NCBI GenBank assembly: GCA_903883645.1
Contig: CAISBR010000004.1
Location: 13,461 to 77,460, forward strand
Direction of reading: 5' to 3'
Origin: an uncultured Myxococcales bacterium
Lineage (GTDB): Bacteria; Myxococcota_A; UBA9042
DNA length: 64,000 nt
Shown here piece after piece: positions 37,674 through 47,509 of this stretch. The translations under genes and the position numbers were made by a program. The notes below the pieces were generated by a model. It saw only the letters and a program-made list of their open reading frames with translations. It was not told where the DNA came from and did no database searches. Position 1 is the first letter of the stretch. Each line of letters opens with the position of its first letter.

Positions 37674-39836
37674 TTACGGCTTACAGAACCCCTTGCCGTT
37701 GCAGCCGGCGCCGCTTGCACCGCCTGGGCAGTCCGCGGCCGAGGTGCACGGAATGGTACATAACTTTCCAATAGTAAACGCAAAACACACCATCGGCGCC
37801 GGACATACGCCGTTGGCAGGGCAAGGGTCACCAAAGCTTGCTGCCGACCCGCCGCAGTCACCCGGGCAGCTGCTGGCCGTCTCGCCCGAGTCGCATGTGC
37901 CGTTGCCGCACGCGGCGCTGACACACTGACCGGCGCTGCATGTCTGGCCCGCGGCGGCGCAGTCGGTGCCACTGGTCGACCAGCCCGAGCCGTCGGCTAG
38001 GCAGACCTGCACGGTATTGCTGCTGCAGTTGGCGGCCCCTGGTGCACAAACCTGTGCTTGGCAGACGCCCGCTTGGCAGAATTGTCCGGTGCCGCAGGTT
38101 TGTAGCGCGGTAGGGCTAACCCCCAACGCATCGCACTTCATTGCAACATTACCTTGACAATAAAGGGGATTTTGCGGGTCACACAGCAAGCTGACGCACG
38201 CGCCGGCCGAGCAGATCTGGCCGCTTGAGGTGCAGTCGCTGCCCCCGGATACAAAGCCCGAGCCGTCGGCGTTGCAGACGGTCGCGACCGTGCCATTACA
38301 GGTCAACTTTGCAGGATTGCATAGGATTGCCTGGCATCCCGGCGCGCCACCTTGACCGCTACCGCAGTAGGTGCTGGGTGGGCAGATCTGCCAGCTGAGC
38401 ACCGCTGTGCCATCGCTGTTGCAGGTGCTGAGCTTGGCGCCGCTGCACGCCGTGGCCCCGGCCGCGCAAACTACATCTTTACACTGCCCTTCTGAGCACT
38501 TCTGCGCGCCGCACGCCTGGCCGCCACCCTGCCAACCCGTGCCCGAGGCGTTGCATGTCGCAACCACATTCTCTTGGCAAGTTGTTGAATTTGCACTGCA
38601 GACTAGAGGCAGACACGAACCGCCGGCACAGGCCTGCCCGCCGGCACAGGGGGCAACGACCGAACCTGACAGGCCATTCGCCCCGCACAGCACCACGTCG
38701 CCACCTACGCAATACGTCGTGTTTGGCGTGCAAGTGGTTGGAATGCAAGACCCCGCAACACAAACTTGGCCGCCGCACGCCTGGCCTGGACCACTTGGCC
38801 CCGAGCCCTGTGGGTTGCACACCTCGACCGCGTTGCCCACGCACGTGGCCTGATTGGGCAGACACACCTGCTCTAAGCACGCGCCGCCGCTGCAGTAGTA
38901 GCCGGCGCCACAAGTCTGGGTCGCCCAAGCGGACTGGCCATCGCTGGCGCAAACCATCACCTGATTGCCTTGGCAGCTCTGGCTTGCGGGCGCGCACAAA
39001 GTGGCCGCGCAGTGGTCGCCGAGGCACACTTCGCCGGGAGCACAGGCCTTGGTGCTGACCACCTTTAACCCATCGCTGGCACACACCTGCAACTGCGCGC
39101 CCACGCAACTGATTCCGGGCAAGCATGTCCAAGCCGCGCACACCGGGATGGCGCCATCGAGAGTGCACGTGGACTGCGCCGGGCATGGATCGGGCGCGGA
39201 CAAACTGCTGCCGTCGCTGTTGCAGGTCAGGCGCGCGTTGGCCTGGCAGATGCCTTGGCCGGGGCTGCAGATGTCGGTGGTGCACACGCCGGTGCCAGCG
39301 GGGCCAAAGGGCGCACAGAATTGACCGGGCGCACAGTCAAGCGATGCCAAGCATTTTGTGCACTTTCCCTTGCCTACGTCGCAATGGGGGGTGTCGCTCG
39401 GGCACTGGCCATCGCTGGCGCACGGCAAAAATGGCCGACAAAGGCCTGCGTCGCAGCTATGGTTGCTAGCGCAATCAGCGATCGTGGAGCAGGCAGTGAG
39501 CGGTAGGCAATGGTGGCCGATGCACTCGTGCTCGCCGCTGCATTGGGCGGCCGACATGCAGGCCACGCAACGACTGGTAATCGGGCTACAAATCGGCTTA
39601 TCAGCCGGGCATTCACCGTCGCTGGCGCAGGGGATGCCGGTCGCTGTCGCGTCGCCCGCAGTGTCGCTACCTGAGACTTCGGCGCCCGCCTCACCCACTA
39701 GGCTATCGCTGACGGCGCTGTCGCCGGCCACCGAACTAGCAGGCGCGGCGGCTGGGTTGCTGCTACACGCCAACCCCGCCACCACAGTCAACATCGCCAG
39801 CGGCACAAGTTCAATAATTCTCTGCAATAGGCCCAT
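37674..39836 (-). CDS. Cys-rich repeat lipoprotein
   Basis: Lipobox GLAC; about ten C.P....C.GN....C..DG repeats; C-terminal module shared with 34660..35025. Confidence 0.8.
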   Translation of the reverse strand: MGLLQRIIELVPLAMLTVVAGLACSSNPAAAPASSVAGDSAVSDSLVGEAGAEVSGSDTAGDATATGIPCASDGECPADKPICSPITSRCVACMSAAQCSGEHECIGHHCLPLTACSTIADCASNHSCDAGLCRPFLPCASDGQCPSDTPHCDVGKGKCTKCLASLDCAPGQFCAPFGPAGTGVCTTDICSPGQGICQANARLTCNSDGSSLSAPDPCPAQSTCTLDGAIPVCAAWTCLPGISCVGAQLQVCASDGLKVVSTKACAPGEVCLGDHCAATLCAPASQSCQGNQVMVCASDGQSAWATQTCGAGYYCSGGACLEQVCLPNQATCVGNAVEVCNPQGSGPSGPGQACGGQVCVAGSCIPTTCTPNTTYCVGGDVVLCGANGLSGSVVAPCAGGQACAGGSCLPLVCSANSTTCQENVVATCNASGTGWQGGGQACGAQKCSEGQCKDVVCAAGATACSGAKLSTCNSDGTAVLSWQICPPSTYCGSGQGGAPGCQAILCNPAKLTCNGTVATVCNADGSGFVSGGSDCTSSGQICSAGACVSLLCDPQNPLYCQGNVAMKCDALGVSPTALQTCGTGQFCQAGVCQAQVCAPGAANCSSNTVQVCLADGSGWSTSGTDCAAAGQTCSAGQCVSAACGNGTCDSGETASSCPGDCGGSAASFGDPCPANGVCPAPMVCFAFTIGKLCTIPCTSAADCPGGASGAGCNGKGFCKP

Positions 39837-39884
39837 GCCGCGTCGCCTGCGACGGTCGCCCCCGGCAACGCCCATCGCGCTACC

Positions 39885-42800
39885 TTACTTGCAGGTGGCG
39901 GCGCACGCGACGTCGATCTGGTAGTCCTCGACCGCGTCTTGGTAGCCGTCGACCACGATGAAGTACTTCTTGCCCTTTACGCCGGCGAAGGTCTTGGTGG
40001 CCGTGGTGCCCATCATCAGCGCGTGGCTGGTGCATGAGCCGGGCCCGCAGGTCTTGCTGCCATCTAAGATGAACAAGTCGACGTAGTTACCGCTCGTGCT
40101 CGACGTCTTCTTCAGCGTAACCGTCACATCGCCGGTGCAGGTGGCATCGTACGTGTAGGTGTACTCGGGGCCCGTGTAGTCGGCCTCGGCGCCGTCGGCG
40201 CACTGCCAGCTGTCGATCACATCGGTGCTGCCGGTTGTGCCGTTGTTGTACTGGTCGCTGCCACCGCAGGCCAGGCTGTAGTCAGAAACGCATTGCGGGG
40301 CGGCGACCTTGCAGGCGGGATCGGCCGCGCAATCTGTGTCGGCGCAGTCGGTTTGGCCGTCTTTGTCGTCGTCGATCTTGTCGCTGCAGTTGGTCTCGGT
40401 GGTGGGCGCGGCGCAGCTGCAGTCGACCTTCAGCGTATAGTTGCCGTTGTAGTTGTTGTAGCCGTCGGCGACCACGTAGTAGGTCTGGCCCTTCTTGGCG
40501 GTCCAGGTAGTTTTGCTGGTGGTGCTGCTCATCAGGCCGTGGACCAAGCAGGCATTGCTGGTGCAGGTCTTGGCGGCATCCAGCACGAACAGGTCGATGT
40601 AGCCCGAAGTCGTAGACGTTTTGGTCAGCGTGGCGGTTACCGGCCCATCGCACGCGGCGACATAGGTGTACGTGTACTCCGAGCCAGTCTCGCCGGTCAT
40701 GCTGCCGTCGGCGCACTGCCAGTCGCTCACCACCTTGGTCGAGCCGGTGCCGTTGTTGCTGTAGCTATCCGAATCGCCGCAGCTCATCGGGTAGTCGGCC
40801 TTGCACTGGGTGGCGGCGAGGCAGGTGGCGTCTTTGGCGCAGTCGCTGTCGGCGCAGTCGGTCTTGCCGTCTTTGTCGTTGTCGACCTTGTCGCCGCAGT
40901 TGGTCTCGGTGGCCGGGGTGCTGCAGGCGACGTCTTTGGCGCAGTCCGTGTCGGCGCAGTCGGTCTTGCCGTCCTTGTCGTTGTCGACCTTGTCGGCGCA
41001 AAGCACTTCCGTGCCGGCTACGATGCAGGCGGCGTCTTTGGCGCAATCGCTGTCGGCGCAGTCGGTTAGGCCGTCTTTGTCGTCGTCGACCTTGTTGGTG
41101 CAGCTGGTCTCGGTGGTGGCGCCGCACTTGCAGGTGGTCTTGATGCTGTAGTTGGCCGAGTACGCGTTGTAGCCGTCGACCACGATGCTCAACTTCTGGC
41201 CGTTCTTGACGGTGACGGTCTGGGTGGCGGTGGTGCCGCTCATCAGCGCGTGGGCGACGCAAGCGTTGCTGCCGCAGGCCTGGCCGCCATCGAGCAAGAA
41301 CAGGTCTAAGTAACCGCTGGTGGTCGAGGTCTTGGTCACCGCGACCGTCAGCTGGCCGTCGCACGAGGCGGTGTAGTCGTAGGTGTATTCCGCGCCGGTC
41401 TCGCTGCCCATCGTGCCGTCTTGGCACACGTAGGTGCTGACGACCTTGGTCGAGCCCGTGCCGTTATTGCTCCACGAATCCGAGCTATTGCACGCGAGCG
41501 GATAGTCCGGGACGCAGGCGCACGCACCCTTGCCCGAGCAGTCGGGGTCGGCGCAATCGACCAAGCCGTCGGCGTCGTTGTCGACCTTGTCGGTGCAGTT
41601 GGTCTCGCCGGCAGGCGCGATGCAGGCCGCGTCTTTGGCGCAGTCGGCGTCGGCGCAGTCGGTCTTGCCGTCTTTGTCGTTGTCGAGCTTGTCGGCGCAC
41701 AGCGTCTCGGTCGTGCCGCCGGTGCAGACGGGGTCCTTGGCGCAGTCGCTGTCTAGGCAGTCGGTCTTGCCGTCTACGTCGTTGTCGATCTTGTCGCCGC
41801 ACGCGGTCTCGACCGTGGGGGCGCAGGCCAAGTTGGTGGCGCAGTCGCTGTCGAGGCAGTCGAGCTTGCCGTCTTTGTCGTTGTCGATCTTGTCGGTGCA
41901 CGAGGTCTCAACCGTGGGCGCGCAGGCCAGGTCCGCAGCGCAGTCGCCATCGAGGCAGTCGACCAACTTGTCGCCATCGTTGTCGATCTTGTCGGTGCAG
42001 TTGGTCTCTTTGCCGCCTTCGCAGCCGCACGTAATCTTGAGCGTGTAGTCGGCCGCAAAGCCCTGGTAACCATCGACAACTACAAAGTACTTGGCGTCTT
42101 TCTTGGCAGTAAAGGTCTGCGTGGCCTGCGTCGACGACATCAGCGCGTGGGCGATGCACGACGACGAGGCGCAACCCTTGGCCGCGTCTAGGATAAACAA
42201 GTCGAGGTAACCCGCCTTGGTGCTCTGCTTAACCAGCGTGACGACCACTGGGCCATCGCAGCCCGCGGTGTAGCTGTAGGTGAACTCGGCGCCGGTCTCG
42301 CCGTTGACGTTGCCGTCGGTGCACGCGTAGGCGCTGAGCGCGCTGGTCGAGCCCTTGGCGTCGCTGGTGCCCTTCTCGTTGCCGCCGCAGGTGGTGCTGG
42401 CCGCGTCGACGCACTTGTTGGCTGCGCAGGCGACGTCGGCCTTGCAATCGCTGTCGCCACAGTCGGTTAGGCCGTCTTTGTCGTCGTCGATCTTGTTGCC
42501 GCAGTTGGTCTCTTTGCCGGCGCACGCCGCGTCTTTGGCGCAGTCGCTGTCGGCGCAGTCCGTAGCGCCATCTTGATCGTCGTCGAGCTTGTCGGCGCAG
42601 TTGGTCTCGGTGGTGGGCGCGGTGCACTGCTTCTTGCAGAGCGTGCCGACTTCCTCGACACAGGTAACGTCCCAAGCGGTCTTGCAACAGAACGGGTCGG
42701 CCTTGCACACGGTCGCGGCGCAGGCATCGCAGCCGATGGTCAGCGGCGTGCCACTCTCGAGGCAAACATCGCACTTACTCGCGCACTTGCTGTCTTTGGC

Positions 42801-44045
42801 GCAGTCGCTGTCGGCGCAGTCGGTAAAGCCGTCTTTGTCGTCGTCGAGCTTGTTGCCGCAGTCGGCCTCGGCCACAAGCGCGCACGCGGGGTCCTTGGCG
42901 CAGTCAGTGTCTTGGCAATCGAACTTGCCGTCGACATCGTTGTCTTTGCCGTCGGTGCAATTGGTCTCGGTCGTCACGGTCGAGGCGCACGCAACATCGA
43001 CGCTGCAGTCGTTGTCTTTGCAGTCCGTAAAGCCGTCGCCATCGTCGTCGATGCTGTTGCTGCAGTTCTTCTCGGCGGTCTTGCAGGCATTGTCGGCGGC
43101 GCAGTCGGCATCGGCGCAGTCGGTCTGGCCGTCTTTGTCGTCGTCGACGCCGTCGGTGCAGTTCGCCTCTTTGGTGGGGTTGATCAAGCAAGCCGCGTCT
43201 TTGCCGCAGTCGTTGTCGGCGCAGTCGGTCTGGCCGTCGCCGTCGTCGTCGACCTTGTTGGCGCAGTCGATCTCGCTGCTGGGCTTCTTGCAGGCGTTGT
43301 CCGCGGCGCAATCGCTGTCGGCGCAGTCGGTAGCGCCGTCTTTGTCGTTGTCTTGCTGGTCTTGGCACGCCGTCTCGGGCCCTACTGACTTGCAGGCCGT
43401 ATCCGACGCACAATCATTGTCAGCACAGTCGGTTAGACCGTCTTTGTCGTCGTCTTGGGCGTTGCCGCAGTTGGTCTCGGGGCCGGTTTGGCAGGTGCCG
43501 TTGGCCGTGCCCTTGCAAGCGCCCGCCGTGCAGGTGTCGTCGCTGGTGCACTTGTCGCCATCGTCGCAGGGCGCCTGGTTGTTGGTCGCCACGCAGCCGG
43601 TCTTGCTATCGCACTTGTTGTCGGTGCAGGGGTTGTTGTCTTGGCAACTGGTCGCGGTGCCGCCCTGGCACTTGTCGGATTTGCAGGTGCGGCCGGCAAA
43701 GCACTTGTTGCCGTCGTCGCAGGGGTCGCCCTCGGCCGAGGGGCCGGCCTTGCATACACCTGCGGCGCACCACGCTTTTTCGCACGCGGCGAGGTTGGTC
43801 ACCTTGCCCACGCAGTCGTCGTCCGTCGTGCACCCGGCCGCCGTGTCGGGCTTGGTCGTATCGAGCTTGGCGGTATCGTTCACCTGGGTGGAGTCGCCCA
43901 GATTGACGCCCATGTCATCGCCCGCGACGTCTTTGCCGGTCGTCTGCTGCGTCTGCGAGGAGCCGGAGTCACCACAGCCGACGGCGACGAGGCCGAGCAG
44001 CGCAGTGAGAGCCAAGGACCAACGAATCGTACTGAAATTCATCAT
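39885..44045 (-). CDS. Giant lipoprotein with 18 Cys/Asp-rich repeats and four PPC-like beta-domains
   Basis: Lipobox AVGC; ETxCxDKxDxDKDGxTDCADxDC repeats; four GxEyTYxY..YlDLF.LD..VvDGY domains. Confidence 0.85.
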   Translation of the reverse strand: MMNFSTIRWSLALTALLGLVAVGCGDSGSSQTQQTTGKDVAGDDMGVNLGDSTQVNDTAKLDTTKPDTAAGCTTDDDCVGKVTNLAACEKAWCAAGVCKAGPSAEGDPCDDGNKCFAGRTCKSDKCQGGTATSCQDNNPCTDNKCDSKTGCVATNNQAPCDDGDKCTSDDTCTAGACKGTANGTCQTGPETNCGNAQDDDKDGLTDCADNDCASDTACKSVGPETACQDQQDNDKDGATDCADSDCAADNACKKPSSEIDCANKVDDDGDGQTDCADNDCGKDAACLINPTKEANCTDGVDDDKDGQTDCADADCAADNACKTAEKNCSNSIDDDGDGFTDCKDNDCSVDVACASTVTTETNCTDGKDNDVDGKFDCQDTDCAKDPACALVAEADCGNKLDDDKDGFTDCADSDCAKDSKCASKCDVCLESGTPLTIGCDACAATVCKADPFCCKTAWDVTCVEEVGTLCKKQCTAPTTETNCADKLDDDQDGATDCADSDCAKDAACAGKETNCGNKIDDDKDGLTDCGDSDCKADVACAANKCVDAASTTCGGNEKGTSDAKGSTSALSAYACTDGNVNGETGAEFTYSYTAGCDGPVVVTLVKQSTKAGYLDLFILDAAKGCASSSCIAHALMSSTQATQTFTAKKDAKYFVVVDGYQGFAADYTLKITCGCEGGKETNCTDKIDNDGDKLVDCLDGDCAADLACAPTVETSCTDKIDNDKDGKLDCLDSDCATNLACAPTVETACGDKIDNDVDGKTDCLDSDCAKDPVCTGGTTETLCADKLDNDKDGKTDCADADCAKDAACIAPAGETNCTDKVDNDADGLVDCADPDCSGKGACACVPDYPLACNSSDSWSNNGTGSTKVVSTYVCQDGTMGSETGAEYTYDYTASCDGQLTVAVTKTSTTSGYLDLFLLDGGQACGSNACVAHALMSGTTATQTVTVKNGQKLSIVVDGYNAYSANYSIKTTCKCGATTETSCTNKVDDDKDGLTDCADSDCAKDAACIVAGTEVLCADKVDNDKDGKTDCADTDCAKDVACSTPATETNCGDKVDNDKDGKTDCADSDCAKDATCLAATQCKADYPMSCGDSDSYSNNGTGSTKVVSDWQCADGSMTGETGSEYTYTYVAACDGPVTATLTKTSTTSGYIDLFVLDAAKTCTSNACLVHGLMSSTTSKTTWTAKKGQTYYVVADGYNNYNGNYTLKVDCSCAAPTTETNCSDKIDDDKDGQTDCADTDCAADPACKVAAPQCVSDYSLACGGSDQYNNGTTGSTDVIDSWQCADGAEADYTGPEYTYTYDATCTGDVTVTLKKTSSTSGNYVDLFILDGSKTCGPGSCTSHALMMGTTATKTFAGVKGKKYFIVVDGYQDAVEDYQIDVACAATCK

Positions 44046-44091
44046 GATTCTCCAAGACAACCGGGCATTCGGGCGCCAAATAGGGGTCAAG

Positions 44092-44120
44092 AGGGTACGG
44101 ATCAGGGCAGTCTGCGTCAA
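44092..44120 (-). promoter_or_regulatory. Putative sigma70-type promoter for the giant-lipoprotein cluster
   Basis: TTGACG-N17-TACCCT, 47 nt upstream of the start. Confidence 0.45.
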
Positions 44121-44211
44121 GCAAAACCAGGTGCCCAGCTTGTGACATTTGTGCAAACGCTGGCCGCGCGCCGCTTCCCCTTGCCGCCACAATTCCGCTA
44201 ACCTAGGGGCC

Positions 44212-45309
44212 ATGAACTGGCGCGTGTTTGGGCTGATCCTACTTATTACAATGGGTTGTCGACGCAGCCCGGCGCCGATGGCTACACCGCACGCGGTGCC
44301 AGAGCCTCAGGCCGTCTTGGCCAACAAAGCCCTAGATTTGTTCAGGGATGCCACCATCACGGGTAATCCGCCGGCAGGAGCGCCGGACTTGCTGCAAGCG
44401 ATCGCGGCGATCAAAACCGAGGCGACCAAGCCGGCCCTGGGCAAGCTGGCCGCGCTGGCGACCCCGGCATCGGTGGCACGGCTGGCTGACCGCACCCGCA
44501 CCGAGGCGGGGCTGGCGGGGCGACTGCCGCTCACCCCGGGCAGCGTCTTGGCGCGCTTTGCCAGTAAAATCGAGGCTGTAGAGTACCTTGGCGCGCGGGC
44601 GGCGGTGCGCACCGTGGGCAAGCCCCAGCCGCAGACCTCGTGGTTCTACTACCGCAACGGCGCCTGGCTGCTCGACTTGGCCGACACGCGGGCGCTGCAG
44701 CCGGCGTGGACAGGCCCCATAAACTATGAGAATCACTCGGTAACTCTGGCGCAGGCTTTGACTCCGAGCGGCGATCCGCAGCAGCCCCTGGTCGTGACGC
44801 TGCATAGCGACAAGGGCGACGTCCACTGCCTGCTGCACGAGCAGCAAATGCCCGAAATCGTGGCACATTTTGTAGGTCTGGCCACCGGCGCGCGGGCATC
44901 GCGCAAGGCCGAGGCGCGCACCATGGAAAACGTGTGGCAGCACAAGCGCTTCTACGATGGCACCGTCATTTATCGCGCCCTGCCCGGCCGGCGTATCGAG
45001 GCGGGCGACCCCTTCAGTCTCGGCACGGGTCACGCCGGTTTTCGTCTGGCCGATCGCTTCGATCTCAGCCTGCGCCATAGCATTGCTGGGGTGCTGGGTC
45101 TGCTGCCGCTCGGGCCGCACAGCACCAGCTCGATCTTCTACATCACGCTGCAGGCCGAGCCCGATTTCGACGATCACGGCGTGATTTTTGGCCTGTGCCG
45201 CGATCTCGACGTGGTCGACCGCTGGAGTCGCCAGCCCAAAGGCAGTATTGTACTGAATCATTTCGACTTTTCGCGCGGATGGCCCAGCGAGGCGCCCGCC
45301 CCGCATTGA
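44212..45309 (+). CDS. Lipoprotein with degenerate cyclophilin-type PPIase domain
   Basis: Lipobox TMGC; FVGLATG, FYDGTVIYR, AGDP, SIFYIT, HGVIFG. Confidence 0.75.
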   Translation: MNWRVFGLILLITMGCRRSPAPMATPHAVPEPQAVLANKALDLFRDATITGNPPAGAPDLLQAIAAIKTEATKPALGKLAALATPASVARLADRTRTEAGLAGRLPLTPGSVLARFASKIEAVEYLGARAAVRTVGKPQPQTSWFYYRNGAWLLDLADTRALQPAWTGPINYENHSVTLAQALTPSGDPQQPLVVTLHSDKGDVHCLLHEQQMPEIVAHFVGLATGARASRKAEARTMENVWQHKRFYDGTVIYRALPGRRIEAGDPFSLGTGHAGFRLADRFDLSLRHSIAGVLGLLPLGPHSTSSIFYITLQAEPDFDDHGVIFGLCRDLDVVDRWSRQPKGSIVLNHFDFSRGWPSEAPAPH

Positions 45310-45340
45310 CGGCAGCGGCTGCAATCGCAACACTGGCGCC

Positions 45341-46231
45341 ATGGCCTCGCATCCCATCGTCCACGGGCTCTCGATCGACGTCGAAGACTGGTTCCATATC
45401 CTAGACTGCGAGGGCAGCCCCGACGCCAGCCGCTGGGCCGAGTTGCCATCGCGAGTAGAACGCAACACCGGCATCTTATTGGATCTTTTTGACCGCCACC
45501 GCGTCAAGGCGACCTTTTTTTGCCTGGGCTGGGTGGCCGAGCACTTCCCGACCGTGCCGCAAGAAATTGTGCGCCGCGGCCACGAGTTGGGTTCGCACAG
45601 CCATTTGCACGGTCTGGTGGGGCCCCTTGGCGCCGAGAGTTTTGCCCGCGACCTCGACACCTCGCTGCAAGCGCTGCAACACGCGACGGGCACCACGATT
45701 AAGTGCTTTCGCGCGCCCGGCTTTTCGCTGACGCGCACCGAAGTGGGCTGGGCGCTGCCGCTGCTGGCCTCGCGCGGTATCGACCTCGACTCGTCGCTTT
45801 TCTTGACCGACCGGGCCCACGGCGGCCTGCCGCTGGGTCGCCAAGATCCGTTTACCATCCAGCTACACGACGGGCACAAACTGCTCGAAGTTCCTGTGAT
45901 TCCGCGTCGTTTTGGCAACCGCGATCTCGCGTTTTCGGGCGGTGGCTACCTGCGCCTGCTGCCCCTGCCCCTGCTGCGCGCCAGTTTTGCCGAAGTCGAG
46001 CGCCAGGGTCATGGCGCGGTGTGCTACCTGCATCCCCGCGAAATTGATATCGATCAGCCGCGAATGCCGCTGCCGCCCCAGCGCGCTTTCAAGTATTACG
46101 TCGGCCTGGGTAGCGTGATGGCCAAGCTCGAGGCGCTGCTGCAGCAGTTTCATTTCGGCACGTTGCGGCAAATGGCCGAGCGCAACCCACGCGACCGCTC
46201 GATTTCGCTCGACAATCTGCTGCGCGGCTAG
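45341..46231 (+). CDS. Polysaccharide deacetylase (DUF3473/XrtA-system type)
   Basis: SIDVEDWFH, ATFF, HELGSHSHLH, FRAPGFS, GGGYLRL, YLHPREID. Confidence 0.9.
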   Translation: MASHPIVHGLSIDVEDWFHILDCEGSPDASRWAELPSRVERNTGILLDLFDRHRVKATFFCLGWVAEHFPTVPQEIVRRGHELGSHSHLHGLVGPLGAESFARDLDTSLQALQHATGTTIKCFRAPGFSLTRTEVGWALPLLASRGIDLDSSLFLTDRAHGGLPLGRQDPFTIQLHDGHKLLEVPVIPRRFGNRDLAFSGGGYLRLLPLPLLRASFAEVERQGHGAVCYLHPREIDIDQPRMPLPPQRAFKYYVGLGSVMAKLEALLQQFHFGTLRQMAERNPRDRSISLDNLLRG

Positions 46232-46321
46232 CCTTGGCGGGCCCGTCTGCGGTTGCGCCAAGGTCGCGACGTTCCTAGCATGCTGGAGCGGCCCGCGCAG
46301 CGACCGTCAGGAGGGCTTTTG

Positions 46322-47497
46322 ATGTACCCAACTTTGCCTCGCTGGTGGCTTGTGTGCGGTCTACCTTTGGTGCTGATCGCCACCGCACTGAACACACAAC
46401 TTGCTGTAGCATCACCATTTTCTGGCGCGAACCAGTTTGTGGGCAAGTCGGTGGTGCCCGATAGCAACGACCAACACTTCTTTGCGGGCGCGCATTTTCA
46501 AGTCGCACCGGTCAAGGCGGTGATTCAGTCGGTGGTAAAGAAGAAGGTGAATGACTACGCGGCACAAAACCCCGGTGCCGCGCAGATGGTCCAGTACATG
46601 CAGTATGTGGATGCCAAGCAAGTCAAGCAGTTTGCCGACAGTGGCCAGGTCGAGCAATACAAGGCCGAGCTGAAGAAGCAGCTGGCGGCGCAAGGGCAGA
46701 CGCTGACCGCCGACCAGACCGCGCAGATCAACGCGATCGACTCGAGCAAGCTGAAGATGCTGGCCACCGTGGTGCAGATGTACCAAGAGCCTGAACCGAC
46801 TACCACATTTTCGCTCGAGCCCTACGCCGGCTTTATCGCCGGGCCGCTGATGGTGACGGCGCAGGTGCCGATCGCCGGTTTTCATACGAGCGCGCAAGAT
46901 ACGATGGTGCTTGGCAATCCTGGTCTCGACGTGCGGCTTGGCCAGCACTTTGGTCTGCAGGGCGCGGCCTTTGCCTATGCCGTGGGTGCGTCGGGCTGGG
47001 CGCCGCTGGGCAGCGAAGACTCGAGTACCATTGTGCTTTCGAACGTGCTCGCCTCGCCGCGCTACATGCACGACTACGCGTCGTGGACGGGCTACGGTGT
47101 GTTGGCGGCCGAGCTGGCGGTCTTTGACCTGCAAGTGCGCGGCGAATACGTCGAGATGCGGCCGTCGTCGAGCCTGAACAGCGACTCGAATCCGCTGAAT
47201 GACTTACACTTAATGCGCTACGTGAACGCGGGTGCCGCGCTGTCGACCGACATGGGCTTTGTGGGTCTGTCGCTGGCGGTCGATGGCCTGTTCAACGTGA
47301 AGAACGCGCCGGCGTACAATAATACCTACTTTGTGACGGCGGGCATGCGCTTGTTCTTGAAAAAAGCCCAGATCGGTGCTGCCATCCAGTTGCCGCTGGC
47401 CAAACCGGGCGACGGCGATACGGTGCCGGTCGGCGGCATCAACCTGGGCTCGCCGGCGAGCGTCAACATGCTGCTCAACGCCCAAATTAGCTTGTAA
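46322..47497 (+). CDS. Putative outer-membrane beta-barrel with helical insertion
   Basis: SD AGGAGG, signal peptide, Q/K-rich helical block, then amphipathic strands ending LNAQISL. Confidence 0.6.
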   Translation: MYPTLPRWWLVCGLPLVLIATALNTQLAVASPFSGANQFVGKSVVPDSNDQHFFAGAHFQVAPVKAVIQSVVKKKVNDYAAQNPGAAQMVQYMQYVDAKQVKQFADSGQVEQYKAELKKQLAAQGQTLTADQTAQINAIDSSKLKMLATVVQMYQEPEPTTTFSLEPYAGFIAGPLMVTAQVPIAGFHTSAQDTMVLGNPGLDVRLGQHFGLQGAAFAYAVGASGWAPLGSEDSSTIVLSNVLASPRYMHDYASWTGYGVLAAELAVFDLQVRGEYVEMRPSSSLNSDSNPLNDLHLMRYVNAGAALSTDMGFVGLSLAVDGLFNVKNAPAYNNTYFVTAGMRLFLKKAQIGAAIQLPLAKPGDGDTVPVGGINLGSPASVNMLLNAQISL

Positions 47498-47509
47498 CAT
47501 ACGGATCTT

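Noticed and set aside
42589-44145. 518-aa Ser/Gln-rich repeat ORF
   Set aside because: Antisense mirror of the Asp/Cys repeat protein
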